Below are positions 18,179 to 28,183 of a stretch of DNA of 64,000 nt, piece by piece. Below the pieces are notes generated by a model, which saw only the letters and a list, made by a program, of their open reading frames with translations, ran no database searches and was not told where the DNA came from. A program made the position numbers and the translations under genes. Positions within the stretch are counted from its first letter, which is position 1, and each line of letters opens with the position of its first letter. Where the stretch lies: the IMG/VR virus record IMGVR_UViG_3300044712_000363, positions 2,066-66,065 of that record; one strand, written 5' to 3'. Source of the DNA: a virus. Taxonomy: Duplodnaviria > Caudoviricetes.

Positions 18179-21093
18179 TATAGATTCCTCCTTATAGCAC
18201 GATTTATGCTTTTGGCCGCTGCTGCTCCGATTTGGCCCCGGCTTTGCATAAAGCTGTTTGCATCCTTCACGCCGGATACATTTACGTTTACAGTTATGGG
18301 ATTGCTTCGGCCACCAGATAGCATCCTTTCCGTTTCATCGGCGGGATAAACCCTGCCGGGATTTGAAAAATTAACTAATTCCGGCCCTTTTTCACCGACC
18401 ATAGTCCACCCGGAAGCAAGTCCGCCTTTGGCGGCAAAATTAAAGTTAGGCAAAAATTTCCCTACATCGGCATATCCGCCGCCAGATGAAGAAGCACCGC
18501 CACCACCGCCCGTGCCACCCAAAAGACCGGTAAACCAATTTCTAATAGGTTGCATTATATATTGCTGTACCATGATTTCCGCAAACATTTCCAAAATGGA
18601 TGTCGTTAAGTCCCGGATGACTCCTTTAATCCCTTCGCCCATTGATTCCGCGCCGGTGATCATACTCTTAAAATGGCCACTGACAGCGTTTGAAATGTCG
18701 TTCCAAGTACTGACCATTAGGTTTTTGTAGTTGAATTGCTGGTTTTGGATGTCCTTCATGGCAAGATCCCAGGATGAGGCAAGGTCGTTAGACATAATAT
18801 CATTTTTCTGCTGGGTTACGGTGGCCATATCGTTCATGACTTTATACCATTGCTCTGTAAATTTCCCGCCATATTTTTCGATTTCTGCTAATTGCCCTTG
18901 AAGGTACAGTATTTGGCTGTTATATACCGCAAGATTCGCCGCGTCCGTTTGTGCCGCCGTCTGTTGGTGCATGGCAAGCAGGTTTTGGTTAAGTTGCACT
19001 TGCCATTGGTATATTTGCAATTGGTTTTGCCGGTGTTTATCCATGTTCTGCTTTTCCAATAACGTTACTTGGTCGTTATACCATTTTTCGATGGCAAGTT
19101 TGGCGTCGGCATCGTCTTGATCCCGCTGGACGGCTTTTAGTTTCTCTTCGCGTTCTTTATTAAGTTTCGTAAGAGCGATTTGCAGTTCAGCGTCGGCTTC
19201 CGCCTGGGCATCCCCGACCAATTGAGTATGTACCAAAGCGGATTGATCCTTTAGGTTTTGCCAAGCTTCTTGCCATGTTTTTTCGAGGTTTGCTGTTACG
19301 ACTTTGTTATATTCATCAAGTGCGGTCTGGGCATCTTTTACGTCAACCCCTGCTTTCATGGCAGCATTGATGTCTTTTTGCATCTTCAGGACTTCCGTCG
19401 AGAGTTTGGACATACTTTTTTCAAATGTCGTCCCGGTTTCTCCGAGGATTTTAGCGTTTAGGTTCGCAGTGAGTTCTTCCATTCTTTCAAGCTGGTTTTC
19501 GTATTTACTGGCCGCGCCACCGCCACCTCCACCCGAAGCCGCGCCACCACCGCCACCGCCGGAAAGTCCGCCGAATTTTGGAATCTGGAATGGTGTTTTA
19601 ACGATGTTGCTCAATCCTTTGACACTTTCAGTTAACTTAGTGCCTATCCCGTCAAGAGCGTTGGTTATTTTGCCTAATGCGGTATTTTTTCTTACGTCAT
19701 AATCATTGGTGCCTAAGATCTGGGATTCAAAAGACGGCCCGCCAAAAGCGGTACTTAAAGAACTAACTAAACTTATTGCCTTTTGCACGCCGGAACTTAT
19801 AACAGAAAGAATATTATTCCATGCGCCAACTACAATATTTACTATCCAATCCCACGCCTGACCAAAAGCCTCGGCAAGTGAACTAAGCGCGTCGATAAAT
19901 GGTTTAAAGGTATTATAGGCATCGTTTGCGATAATTTGAATTACTGCCCATTTCTCTTCCACGACGGCAACTATATACTCCCATATGCCTGTGAAAAGAT
20001 CTCCTAACGGTTCCCATGCTTGCCATATTACCCATGCGGCCTCAGCAAGAGCAAGACCAACTATAATAAGAGGTGCTAAAGGTGCAACTGCGGCAATTGT
20101 GGACGCCGCAAAAATAGCAACTGCAACGGCTGCTGCCGCCATAGCGCCAGCCAAAGCAAAGAGTGCAAAAGTCAGTTCTTTCGGAATCATATTTTTTAAT
20201 GCTTCATTAAGTCCTTTGCTCTGGACATAATCGGCAAAGGCGCCAAGATATGAAACGGCGTATTCAAGTTTGCCCTGAATATCAAAAGCCTTAATAATAT
20301 CTTCGCCAATTTCGCGCATTACCGTTTTTGTTTTATCTCTAATGGTTGATAAAAGACCATTGATTTCCTTACTTAAAACGTCCATGCCGCCTTTAAATCT
20401 TTCCTGCATGCCAAAGAGGATCGCGTTTATTGTAGTGGTACTATCTACAACGCCATTTTCTACCATTTTCATAGTTTCGGGGATGGTTTTACCGAGTGCT
20501 TTAGCTAGATATTCCCAAGCAGGGATACCAAGTTCGGCGATTTGTAAAGAAATCTCTTCAGCGCTTGCTTTTCCCTTACTCCGAATTTGCCCGAGTGCGC
20601 GGATGACGCTATTTATTCCTTCCTGCCCAAGATTTAAAGCCGCCGCCGTATCGCCGACGACACCCATAATAGGTAGAATGTCTTCTAACGCAAAACCAAA
20701 GGCTAGAAGTTTCCGCGATGCATTTGTAAGCCCCGGAAATTCAAAGGGAGTCTCGTCGGCCATCTTCTGCAAATCATCAAGGAATTTGGCGGCTTTTTGT
20801 TCGTCGCCGATTAGACTAGTGAAAGCTTTGCGAGTAGACCTCATGTCGGCTTGCATTTTGACTGAGGCGACAGCAAAAGCTCCAGCGGCGGCTGCGGCGG
20901 CTACTAAGCCCAAAGCCAGTTTTTCGGACAGAGCAATAGCGTCGTCGCCAAATGTTTTTTCAATACTACGCTTAACACCCTTTATGGATTGTTCAAAACT
21001 ATTAGCCGCCCGTTCAGCTTGTTTAAGCCCCCGCATGTAGTCGCTTGTATCAGCAGTCAAAACCGCATTCAATTCACCAACATTTAACGCCAC
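18178..21093 (-). CDS. tape measure protein
   Basis: 971 aa helical, ETPFE tape-measure motif, C-terminal VGEKGPEL. Confidence 0.93.
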   Translation of the reverse strand: MALNVGELNAVLTADTSDYMRGLKQAERAANSFEQSIKGVKRSIEKTFGDDAIALSEKLALGLVAAAAAAGAFAVASVKMQADMRSTRKAFTSLIGDEQKAAKFLDDLQKMADETPFEFPGLTNASRKLLAFGFALEDILPIMGVVGDTAAALNLGQEGINSVIRALGQIRSKGKASAEEISLQIAELGIPAWEYLAKALGKTIPETMKMVENGVVDSTTTINAILFGMQERFKGGMDVLSKEINGLLSTIRDKTKTVMREIGEDIIKAFDIQGKLEYAVSYLGAFADYVQSKGLNEALKNMIPKELTFALFALAGAMAAAAVAVAIFAASTIAAVAPLAPLIIVGLALAEAAWVIWQAWEPLGDLFTGIWEYIVAVVEEKWAVIQIIANDAYNTFKPFIDALSSLAEAFGQAWDWIVNIVVGAWNNILSVISSGVQKAISLVSSLSTAFGGPSFESQILGTNDYDVRKNTALGKITNALDGIGTKLTESVKGLSNIVKTPFQIPKFGGLSGGGGGGAASGGGGGGAASKYENQLERMEELTANLNAKILGETGTTFEKSMSKLSTEVLKMQKDINAAMKAGVDVKDAQTALDEYNKVVTANLEKTWQEAWQNLKDQSALVHTQLVGDAQAEADAELQIALTKLNKEREEKLKAVQRDQDDADAKLAIEKWYNDQVTLLEKQNMDKHRQNQLQIYQWQVQLNQNLLAMHQQTAAQTDAANLAVYNSQILYLQGQLAEIEKYGGKFTEQWYKVMNDMATVTQQKNDIMSNDLASSWDLAMKDIQNQQFNYKNLMVSTWNDISNAVSGHFKSMITGAESMGEGIKGVIRDLTTSILEMFAEIMVQQYIMQPIRNWFTGLLGGTGGGGGASSSGGGYADVGKFLPNFNFAAKGGLASGWTMVGEKGPELVNFSNPGRVYPADETERMLSGGRSNPITVNVNVSGVKDANSFMQSRGQIGAAAAKSINRAIRRNL

Positions 21094-21126
21094 ACATCCA
21101 CCCCCTTAAACACAAAGAGAGGACGA

Positions 21127-21671
21127 TTACCGCCCCCTCTTCGACTTCATTTTGGCCTCTGCTTTTTTCCGTGCATCTTCCTCGGCCTTGTGCTTGATGT
21201 TAAACCATTCCACCCATTCGGCAAATTCTGATACAGGCATCTGTTCTAATTCGTAGACTGGTTTTCCGATTGTTTCTGCGATAAGGAAGAGCCATTGCCT
21301 TTCCTTATCTTTTCGGAGTTTTTTGCTTTTTCCGCCGCCTCCACGTTCATCAGACGCATGACCACGGGCGCGAATTCATCAATAAACCCGCCGCATGGCT
21401 GCGCTTCCAATGAGGCATAGTCCTCATTTGTGAATACGTTTTCCCCATCCTCGGTATAGACACAGCAAATAGTCGCCCAAATCTGCATCTTGGCAAGGTC
21501 GATTTTCTCAACGTCGCCGGTGATCATTTTAGAGGCCTGCATGATCGCGGCCCTTTGACCGACAGACGGTTGCCGGACTAAAAACTTCTCGCCGCCATAT
21601 TCAACTATTTCCTCACCGAACTTTTTCGGTGCGCCTACGGTTAACTCGCGTAACTTGTCTCTATTGGACAT
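21127..21671 (-). CDS. tail assembly chaperone G (stop 21246) and -1 frameshift product GT (stop 21127)
   Basis: Slippery A AAA AAC at 21324-21318; -1 frame reads KLRKDKERQWLFLIAETIGKPVYELEQMPVSEFAEWVEWF...RGR*. Confidence 0.85.
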
Positions 21672-21687
21672 GTAATTTCCCTCCAAA

Positions 21688-22566
21688 TTAATCGGCGCTA
21701 TTCGCTACTGCTGTTCCTGCTTTAGTTGAGGAATCAAGCTGCAGCGACACGCTATTTTGTCTTAAATCTGCGACTGCCCCGGATTCTTCCAGGGATTCGA
21801 CCTTTGCCCACATTCTCCACACGTCATTTGTACTGCCCGACGGCTGGATCTCAACCAGGAAAGCATTCCGAGAGAAGATGGAACCGTTCATTTCAAATAC
21901 GGCGGCGTCCGTCGAATGCGCCGCTAATGTGGTGCCCCATTCCCCCCGGCTTGCGGAAACGGTATCCTGCGCTGTTGATGTGGTCGTCAGTGCGGTAATC
22001 AGGAAAATCTCATCATCAATTCGAATGTTTTTCCCTACGTTCCCGGCTACCAACCCACTGCCTTTGCTGATTGTAAATGTGACCGGCGTACTTGTGGCCG
22101 TCAATGCCTGGGTTAAATCTGCCGTAGTGTCCGTAAAACCGTAGAACCACGGGTTAGTGAATCCGCCAAGTGTCATAGAACCGTCCAACAAACATACCTG
22201 CTTGCGTCGGTATCCGGCATTGTTGTCAAATGTGGTCCTGTCCTGGGGATCGCCGGATAGGGAAAGTGTATACTCGTTAAATCCGGCCTTTTCTGTTACC
22301 GGCAGATAATTGCCGCTGGCCGTTACCGCCCCCGACGATGGCACTGTGATTTTGCCGAATAGATAGTTGATGTTTGTCGGTGATGACATGGCCCCGTCAA
22401 GGTAAACCGTTGGCGTAACATCCCGGTCAAATAGTGCCTTCGTAAAATCTGCGATTTGATAAGTAAGGCTTGACGGACTGGCTAATTGGGTAAATGTCTC
22501 GGATGTGGAAAATGTCGTGCTGATGCCTGGGGTTTTGATTGCGCCGTTATAGGCTGCTTGTGCCAA
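21688..22566 (-). CDS. tail tube protein paralog with inserted domains
   Basis: Shares TLS..G...D.T.F....GYR....LLD.S..L.G core with 22579-22992. Confidence 0.7.
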   Translation of the reverse strand: MAQAAYNGAIKTPGISTTFSTSETFTQLASPSSLTYQIADFTKALFDRDVTPTVYLDGAMSSPTNINYLFGKITVPSSGAVTASGNYLPVTEKAGFNEYTLSLSGDPQDRTTFDNNAGYRRKQVCLLDGSMTLGGFTNPWFYGFTDTTADLTQALTATSTPVTFTISKGSGLVAGNVGKNIRIDDEIFLITALTTTSTAQDTVSASRGEWGTTLAAHSTDAAVFEMNGSIFSRNAFLVEIQPSGSTNDVWRMWAKVESLEESGAVADLRQNSVSLQLDSSTKAGTAVANSAD

Positions 22567-22578
22567 TTACATCGCCCC

Positions 22579-22992
22579 CTAAACGGCGGTAATGCCGGTA
22601 GAATCACCCTGTAAGGAACAACTAAAAGTATTCTTATCGCCTACTGCACCGCCGAGTTCCCAGGATTCAACAACAAAGGCCGTTTGGAATCCGTTGCCGG
22701 TTGTTGATCCGGTGGGTAAAACCTGAATATAAAGAGGGTTTCTGCCTTGCCACGCAGTGAATAATGCACGTTGCCCCGCCGCTGTACTGTAATTACCGGA
22801 CAATGAAAGACTTACATCCAACAAACCGACAAGTCTGGATCTGTAACCAGGTGCGCCGGTACTAAAGCATGTGTCGTCCAAAACTTCGCCATTAAACGAC
22901 AAAGTTGCGTCGTCTAGGTCGTCGATGGTTACATAAGTCCCACCCTCGGCAGTACTATAACGCACGATTTTGTTATAACCAGCAGTTGCCAT
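22579..22992 (-). CDS. major tail tube protein
   Basis: 137 aa, position after terminator protein, C-terminal TFSCSLQG strand. Confidence 0.8.
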   Translation of the reverse strand: MATAGYNKIVRYSTAEGGTYVTIDDLDDATLSFNGEVLDDTCFSTGAPGYRSRLVGLLDVSLSLSGNYSTAAGQRALFTAWQGRNPLYIQVLPTGSTTGNGFQTAFVVESWELGGAVGDKNTFSCSLQGDSTGITAV

Positions 22993-23020
22993 AATGTGTT
23001 CACACTCCTTTTAGTTTTAT

Positions 23021-23050
23021 AAAAAAAGCCCGCCTCTAAGCGGGAGGGCT
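23021..23050 (-). terminator. intrinsic terminator-like hairpin
   Basis: AGCCC...GGGCT followed by T-run on -. Confidence 0.55.
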
Positions 23051-23078
23051 CGCTGTCGTACAAGAGACGGGCAAAAAG

Positions 23079-23519
23079 TTACACTGTGGATTGATAGGTG
23101 GCCATGAAATTCAGCGAAAACAAAGGGCATCCGTTGTCGTCGTTCCCAATCGGTATCGGACCGCTTTGCTGTGCCAGAAAATGAAAATACCCCGTAGGTA
23201 TTGCACCTTCGAGGCAGTTCCAAACATCTTCCGCAAAATCGCGGGCATCAAGGCTTTTATTTTTTTCGCCTCTGATCATGATTTGAAACGGTATTTCTAA
23301 AATTCGGTGATCGTGGCCAAATACTCTTTGTGGTTCAGGTCCCGGTTGAATAATAACCCATGCGCTTTTTACAGGGATTAAGGCATTGCCGTTAGTGTCA
23401 GTCTTAGGAGGCCTGGGGAGTCCGATGAATACATTGTTATCAAGCGTTTGGTTATATGTGCATATGCCTTGGTTTGCTAAATATTCACAAACGTCCTCGT
23501 CGGTTTTTCTTAGTGTCAC
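23079..23519 (-). CDS. tail terminator/completion protein
   Basis: FQIMIRG, PIPIGNDDNG.P.FSLNF; neck synteny. Confidence 0.75.
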   Translation of the reverse strand: MTLRKTDEDVCEYLANQGICTYNQTLDNNVFIGLPRPPKTDTNGNALIPVKSAWVIIQPGPEPQRVFGHDHRILEIPFQIMIRGEKNKSLDARDFAEDVWNCLEGAIPTGYFHFLAQQSGPIPIGNDDNGCPLFSLNFMATYQSTV

Positions 23520-23525
23520 ATGTTA

Positions 23526-23969
23526 TCACCTCGGCTTCTGCGGCATGTCTGTCGGGCTTGCGCCTTGGTTTTGAACAAAGGCTCTCTCGGCATAATTGGC
23601 GACATTCTTTCCCAAGGAACCTTTGGCGCGATATAGCGGATTTTGGAGAAATTTCGCGTTGCCTCCACCCGGATGATTTAGCGTAACATCCTCGTGCTGG
23701 CGAACAACATAAGCCTTGGAGGCTCCACCGAACCCACACTCAACCACTACATTGTTACCGGAAACTTGCGGCAAGGTGACATAACCGCTATTTTTCATGA
23801 TCCCGGTATCGACCGGGCACTCTTTTTTTGCCTCAGATAAGACATTATTACCCATCAAGTAAAGTCCACAACCAACCGCCTTTACTCCCCTTGGACCCGC
23901 CGCCTGTAGGTTCTTAATCAGTTCATTCGTCCCGACAATCTTCATGCTCACCCTAGCCACGGACAGCAC
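23526..23969 (-). CDS. HK97 gp10-like neck protein
   Basis: CPVDTGIMKNSG, YVVRQHE, AKFL. Confidence 0.85.
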   Translation of the reverse strand: MLSVARVSMKIVGTNELIKNLQAAGPRGVKAVGCGLYLMGNNVLSEAKKECPVDTGIMKNSGYVTLPQVSGNNVVVECGFGGASKAYVVRQHEDVTLNHPGGGNAKFLQNPLYRAKGSLGKNVANYAERAFVQNQGASPTDMPQKPR

Positions 23970-24309
23970 CCCCTAAGAACACTTTGCAGTAATCAAACGC
24001 GCCTTTCTCATCCACCGCATTCTTCACAGCCAAAGGCGCATGCCCCGGATCATTGTCCTTATCCTCCCCCGGAACCCATACAAGGAAATCACAATCAATC
24101 GGCAATGAACTCGCCAGGATAATCTGACTATGGCTTACCACTTCCTGCCCGTCCCGGTTCATTACCTTCTGCGTGCGTTCCATCACCCGGGCGGCGTAGG
24201 ATGAAGCAAAACCGGAAATCGGTTCCCCTGTCTGCGTGTCGATAGTGTCGGCGGTGGAAATATAGACGGTCTGTTGGCATTGCTTAAACAGTTGATAGTC
24301 CATAATCAA
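23953..24309 (-). CDS. head closure/head-tail adaptor
   Basis: Size and synteny; V.NRDGQEVVS motif. Confidence 0.65.
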   Translation of the reverse strand: MIMDYQLFKQCQQTVYISTADTIDTQTGEPISGFASSYAARVMERTQKVMNRDGQEVVSHSQIILASSLPIDCDFLVWVPGEDKDNDPGHAPLAVKNAVDEKGAFDYCKVFLGGAVRG

Positions 24310-24743
24310 TACCCCTGTGTGCTTAAACGGTCAATTGATTCATCATTGCCGGGGAAATCGTGCATACCGCGGGCAAAGGACGGCTGAGTGATACTTGTGT
24401 CGTCTGCGGCAGTGTCTTTTTCACTGATAAGTCGGCCACCCGCCCACATGACCGCGAGTTTACCGCCTTTGCTCCGGTATTTCTTGGCGAGACTCAGGTA
24501 ATTCTCATGCCGTTTCTGTGCGGCAACCCGTAAGTCTCCATTTGTGGTATCGACATCCCTGGCAAGTTTGGCAGCAATGGCCTCGCATAGTTCAGCGGCG
24601 GCAAGGTATTTGTCGGCGTATTCCGTGGTAATAAAGGTAATTTCCTCGTCGGTAACAAGTTGATCGTTTGTGTCCGTATCACCAATCAGGAAGCGCACGG
24701 CGTCCCTTGTGGAGGTTGAGGGGTCTGTGTAAGTCCACGTCAT
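24306..24743 (-). CDS. head-tail connector protein
   Basis: VRFLIGDTD...L.TDEEI; synteny. Confidence 0.8.
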   Translation of the reverse strand: MTWTYTDPSTSTRDAVRFLIGDTDTNDQLVTDEEITFITTEYADKYLAAAELCEAIAAKLARDVDTTNGDLRVAAQKRHENYLSLAKKYRSKGGKLAVMWAGGRLISEKDTAADDTSITQPSFARGMHDFPGNDESIDRLSTQGY

Positions 24744-24754
24744 TCAATCGCCCC

Positions 24755-25111
24755 CTACAACGTAACGCCGAAATATTTGCCGGCCATTGTCCCGCCCGTT
24801 GATGCGGCAGTGGATGCCTTGGCAATTTGCACTTGGATGTCGGTGTACATATCTGTAATTTGGAAATAAGTCGAATTACCAACAGTCAAGGAAGCGGACG
24901 ACAAAACGGTTATATCGTAATTCGTGCTATCAATACTACCCATAACCTTATAGGCTATATCCGTTGTGGCAGCGGTCAACACAATAGCTTTTGTTTTGTA
25001 CGCTTTGCAAGCAAAACTGCCAAGCACTGTAAATGCTGTGGATGCCGTTGCCGCAGTGGTCCATGAATCATAGGCACCGCCTATGTCGTATTGTTTAGCG
25101 AAGGAAGTCAA
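24755..25111 (-). CDS. Ser/Thr-rich virion decoration-like protein
   Basis: Beta-rich 118 aa in head accessory cluster. Confidence 0.65.
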   Translation of the reverse strand: MTSFAKQYDIGGAYDSWTTAATASTAFTVLGSFACKAYKTKAIVLTAATTDIAYKVMGSIDSTNYDITVLSSASLTVGNSTYFQITDMYTDIQVQIAKASTAASTGGTMAGKYFGVTL

Positions 25112-25114
25112 TTA

Positions 25115-26062
25115 TTACCCCTCCTTTATTGGTACTCCAAACAAATGTTTACCATCATACATGTTGGTACGGCCAAATAAGCGCGTCTCGTCGGCGTGAC
25201 TCCATACCCTAATCGCGTACTCGGCATCTTCAATCGCGCCCTGATATTTAGCCAGGTTGCGGTCCAGTGTGTCAATCTGCGACCATGTGCTTTTCATATG
25301 GGACCGGATTTCCTTTAGCCGTTGCGGTGCAAATTCCGGCGGCATATCTTCGGACTTAATGACGAAATCCTGAAACTGACTGACAAGATTTCGCTTTTCC
25401 GCTTCCATTTGTGCCATGCGCCCTTGAAAATCCTGTGTGCGGGCTTGCATCTTGACTTTGGCCTCATCGTCCTCGACATAGCCATACTGAAACCTGAGTT
25501 TGAGCATGTCGGCTTTGGGCGGGATCATGATTTTTATGCCTTTCCCTGCCGCAATGCCTAGCCAGTATTCACAGGATGGCCGTTGGTAGCCGTATTCCCT
25601 ATCAAGCAAGGAATCGGAAGCCATGTCAATACCGTAAATACGAATCTCCTTATACCCCATATGGATGGCCAGCGCCGTCATGTACGAACAGGAATTATTC
25701 AGATAGTTGCCATACTGATAGGATTCCATGATTTCTTCAAGCGGATATTCCACGGAAAAAGGAATGTCGTCGTAATGTTGGTGCATGTAAACCGGGAGTT
25801 TGGCATCACGTAACCATTGCAGGTGATTCGCACTCCGGGGAGTTTTCTCCACCAGTTCCCGGACGTGCATCTCAAACCACCGGTCAGCTTTAGGGATCTG
25901 GGTGTATAAGTCGTTCATACCCCAGAATTCAAAATCCGGATTGTCCCAGGGAACATCAGCCAACGTATATGGGCAATAGCCCAGGATAATAACCTTGTCT
26001 TTTTTTCGCCGTAAATCTAATTTTGATTCCGTCTTTTTATTTAATACCGCGAGTTCACTCAT
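25115..26062 (-). CDS. CstII(GT42)/Maf-like nonulosonate transferase candidate
   Basis: KVIILG..P...DFEFWGMNDLY and SYMTALAIHMGYKEIRIYGIDM match the CstII pattern as recalled (KVIIAGNGP...N.FY; VYMCAVAIALGYKEIYLSGIDF); C-terminal coiled coil. Confidence 0.65.
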   Translation of the reverse strand: MSELAVLNKKTESKLDLRRKKDKVIILGYCPYTLADVPWDNPDFEFWGMNDLYTQIPKADRWFEMHVRELVEKTPRSANHLQWLRDAKLPVYMHQHYDDIPFSVEYPLEEIMESYQYGNYLNNSCSYMTALAIHMGYKEIRIYGIDMASDSLLDREYGYQRPSCEYWLGIAAGKGIKIMIPPKADMLKLRFQYGYVEDDEAKVKMQARTQDFQGRMAQMEAEKRNLVSQFQDFVIKSEDMPPEFAPQRLKEIRSHMKSTWSQIDTLDRNLAKYQGAIEDAEYAIRVWSHADETRLFGRTNMYDGKHLFGVPIKEG

Positions 26063-26085
26063 CTCTTTATTCCCTCCAAAAATAT

Positions 26086-26412
26086 TTAATTATCGGTTAC
26101 ATAAACCCAATCCACCGGCAATTTATCATCGGCAATTAGCCGCACATCGCCGGAAGAAACGGCCTCCGCCATGTATTCGGTCAAAAACAAAATGTCATCC
26201 TCGCTGAAAGGATGACATATAGCACATAGTCCATTTGCGTCTTGTGCATAGGTAATCACGTTGGGAGTACCGTCAGGGTCGCCAATGTTTGTTTCAAAAT
26301 AATCGCCAATGGCTTTCTTTGGCCCCATCCAACACCAACAACCACTAGGCACAACGGCAATTTCCTGCAACCATGTGTCGGCTATAGTCTTGCTTTTAAA
26401 TGCTATGAGCAA
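26086..26412 (-). CDS. hypothetical protein
   Basis: 108 aa, AGGAGG RBS, TTG start. Confidence 0.6.
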   Translation of the reverse strand: MLIAFKSKTIADTWLQEIAVVPSGCWCWMGPKKAIGDYFETNIGDPDGTPNVITYAQDANGLCAICHPFSEDDILFLTEYMAEAVSSGDVRLIADDKLPVDWVYVTDN

Positions 26413-26493
26413 GTATTGCCGCCTCCTTTGCCGCGTCTATGCGCTCTTGGCGTTTAGTGTCGCGCTCTTCTTTGGTTTTGGGACGTTTATTAC

Positions 26494-27192
26494 TCATATG
26501 GTTATTCCCCTCCCTGCCATTGTACGGCGTAATACTCTATGGTCGTGGAGGCATTCGGCATCAGACAAAACACGGTTATAAATTAACATCGAATATACAA
26601 CCCCAACAAGATTGTACAGTCCGCCAGTGATGCCTATAATCCATGTTCCCTTTGCGCCCCAAGTGTTTGTATATGCCAGGTCCCCGCTTTTAGTTGTGTT
26701 TTGGAACACATGCGCGGTTCCACCAGAATAACGCAGACAATGTATATATGGCGTGTTTACCGCCACGGTTAACCCCGTGACGATGTTTGCACTTGATGCG
26801 ACACCCGCATTTATTGCGCCGGTTGTTGTCGCGGCAAAGATATAACTGCGTGAATTCGTCCCTCCATTTGCTCCAAATACGGCTTTATTCGATGCTAATG
26901 ATGTAGCCTTCCAAGCAACGATAATCGTCGCATTCTCTGTAATTAATACAGGTGTCGTGGTGTAATCATCGCTATCATTAGTAAGTCCGCCATTAGCGAA
27001 TGAAGGATCATTTGTGTCTACTCCCGCCGTACTGCCTAACTGGCCATGGTTTCCATTGCCACTCCGGTCAATCAACACTTGCCCTGTCTGGCCCGTCAAT
27101 ATCTGCCATCCAGGATCATACCAAGCGATTAAACCGTTACTCACCAACCCTTGATAATATAAATGAGGTGACAATATTGGCATATCATCCAC
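26494..27192 (-). CDS. LamG/ConA-like virion protein
   Basis: NGLIAWYD, DRSGNGNHG, IYNRVLSDAE LamG signature. Confidence 0.8.
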   Translation of the reverse strand: MDDMPILSPHLYYQGLVSNGLIAWYDPGWQILTGQTGQVLIDRSGNGNHGQLGSTAGVDTNDPSFANGGLTNDSDDYTTTPVLITENATIIVAWKATSLASNKAVFGANGGTNSRSYIFAATTTGAINAGVASSANIVTGLTVAVNTPYIHCLRYSGGTAHVFQNTTKSGDLAYTNTWGAKGTWIIGITGGLYNLVGVVYSMLIYNRVLSDAECLHDHRVLRRTMAGRGITI

Positions 27193-27576
27193 CTACTTAC
27201 ATATCAGATATAGCGTTCTAGTCGCAGTCTGGTTTACGGCGGCAGTCGATGTCCCGCTACGCAATTGGATAAATCGTAACGGAGCAAGAGCCAGAGCAAT
27301 ATCACCATTCAGCGATACGACACGGTTTCCGGTGCTTACCGTCGCCTGAACCTCTACGCCAGAACCATCATATACGGCAAAAAATGATCCGCTTGACGCA
27401 CGGGCCGCAGTAAATGAAATATTGGCGGCGTCCCAGCCTCCGGTAGACATTTCGATTGCGAAGGTGTTGAAGCCCTGAACATCCACCGTTCCTGACAGGC
27501 TGGCCCCGCTGGAGATGGTAACGGTTTTGACGGAATCAGCTAACAGATGCGGGCCTATTTTAAACATTTGCGACAT
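27193..27576 (-). CDS. virion decoration/spike-like protein
   Basis: TVTISSGASLS, W.AA.ISF, LRSGT...V.Q.A.R; head accessory cluster. Confidence 0.65.
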   Translation of the reverse strand: MSQMFKIGPHLLADSVKTVTISSGASLSGTVDVQGFNTFAIEMSTGGWDAANISFTAARASSGSFFAVYDGSGVEVQATVSTGNRVVSLNGDIALALAPLRFIQLRSGTSTAAVNQTATRTLYLICK

Positions 27577-27625
27577 TGGTCCACCTCCTGAAGTTAAAAG
27601 GCCGCCTCAATAGACGGCCCTCTGT

Positions 27626-27940
27626 TTATGCTGTTGAGATTATTACCCAGTCCGATGTACTTGCGGCAAACAGTACCTTGCCGGACGCCGTAGATCGAGC
27701 GAAAAAACCTATGGATGTCGGCGCTGTGCCCGTGGATACATTCGGCAGTTTAAACGATGCCGCACTACTCAATGCTACAGCCCCAGTGAAGTTTGCCGCG
27801 CCTCCGGTCAATGTGCCCGTCACGGTAAAACCGGAACTTGCGACAATCGTTGCGTTTGCGGTGCTTTTCAGCGTGGCCCCGCTTAAAAATTCAAAAACAT
27901 TATGGATTATGGTCCCGCGTACCTTGTCGGTTATGCCCAA
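27626..27940 (-). CDS. Ser/Thr/Ala-rich head fibre-like protein
   Basis: 104 aa, downstream of major capsid gene. Confidence 0.6.
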   Translation of the reverse strand: MGITDKVRGTIIHNVFEFLSGATLKSTANATIVASSGFTVTGTLTGGAANFTGAVALSSAASFKLPNVSTGTAPTSIGFFARSTASGKVLFAASTSDWVIISTA

Positions 27941-28183
27941 TTATGCCACCCCCTGTTTTTTGGATTTGGACTGAGGAGGTTTTTCATTTTCTTCGGTGGC
28001 TTTAATGGCCTCCTCAATCAGTCGAAAATCTTCTTCGGAATTAGGGCGGCGTAGATACCGCCCTTCTTCCAAGCCGCGCACATTGCGGAAAATTGATGTG
28101 TCAACCGGTTGTCCCGGACTTAGCCGGCCATCGTTGCTGACAAACGTTTTTACGACAATTCTATAATCATTAATCGTAGGCAT
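27941..28183 (-). CDS. small head-region protein
   Basis: 80 aa directly after major capsid gene. Confidence 0.65.
   Translation of the reverse strand: MPTINDYRIVVKTFVSNDGRLSPGQPVDTSIFRNVRGLEEGRYLRRPNSEEDFRLIEEAIKATEENEKPPQSKSKKQGVA

Noticed and set aside
18428-21040. Long plus-strand ORFs opposite the tape measure gene, and similar ones opposite scaffold, portal and ATPase genes
   Set aside because: Antisense shadows of well-supported minus-strand genes, with no RBS or motifs
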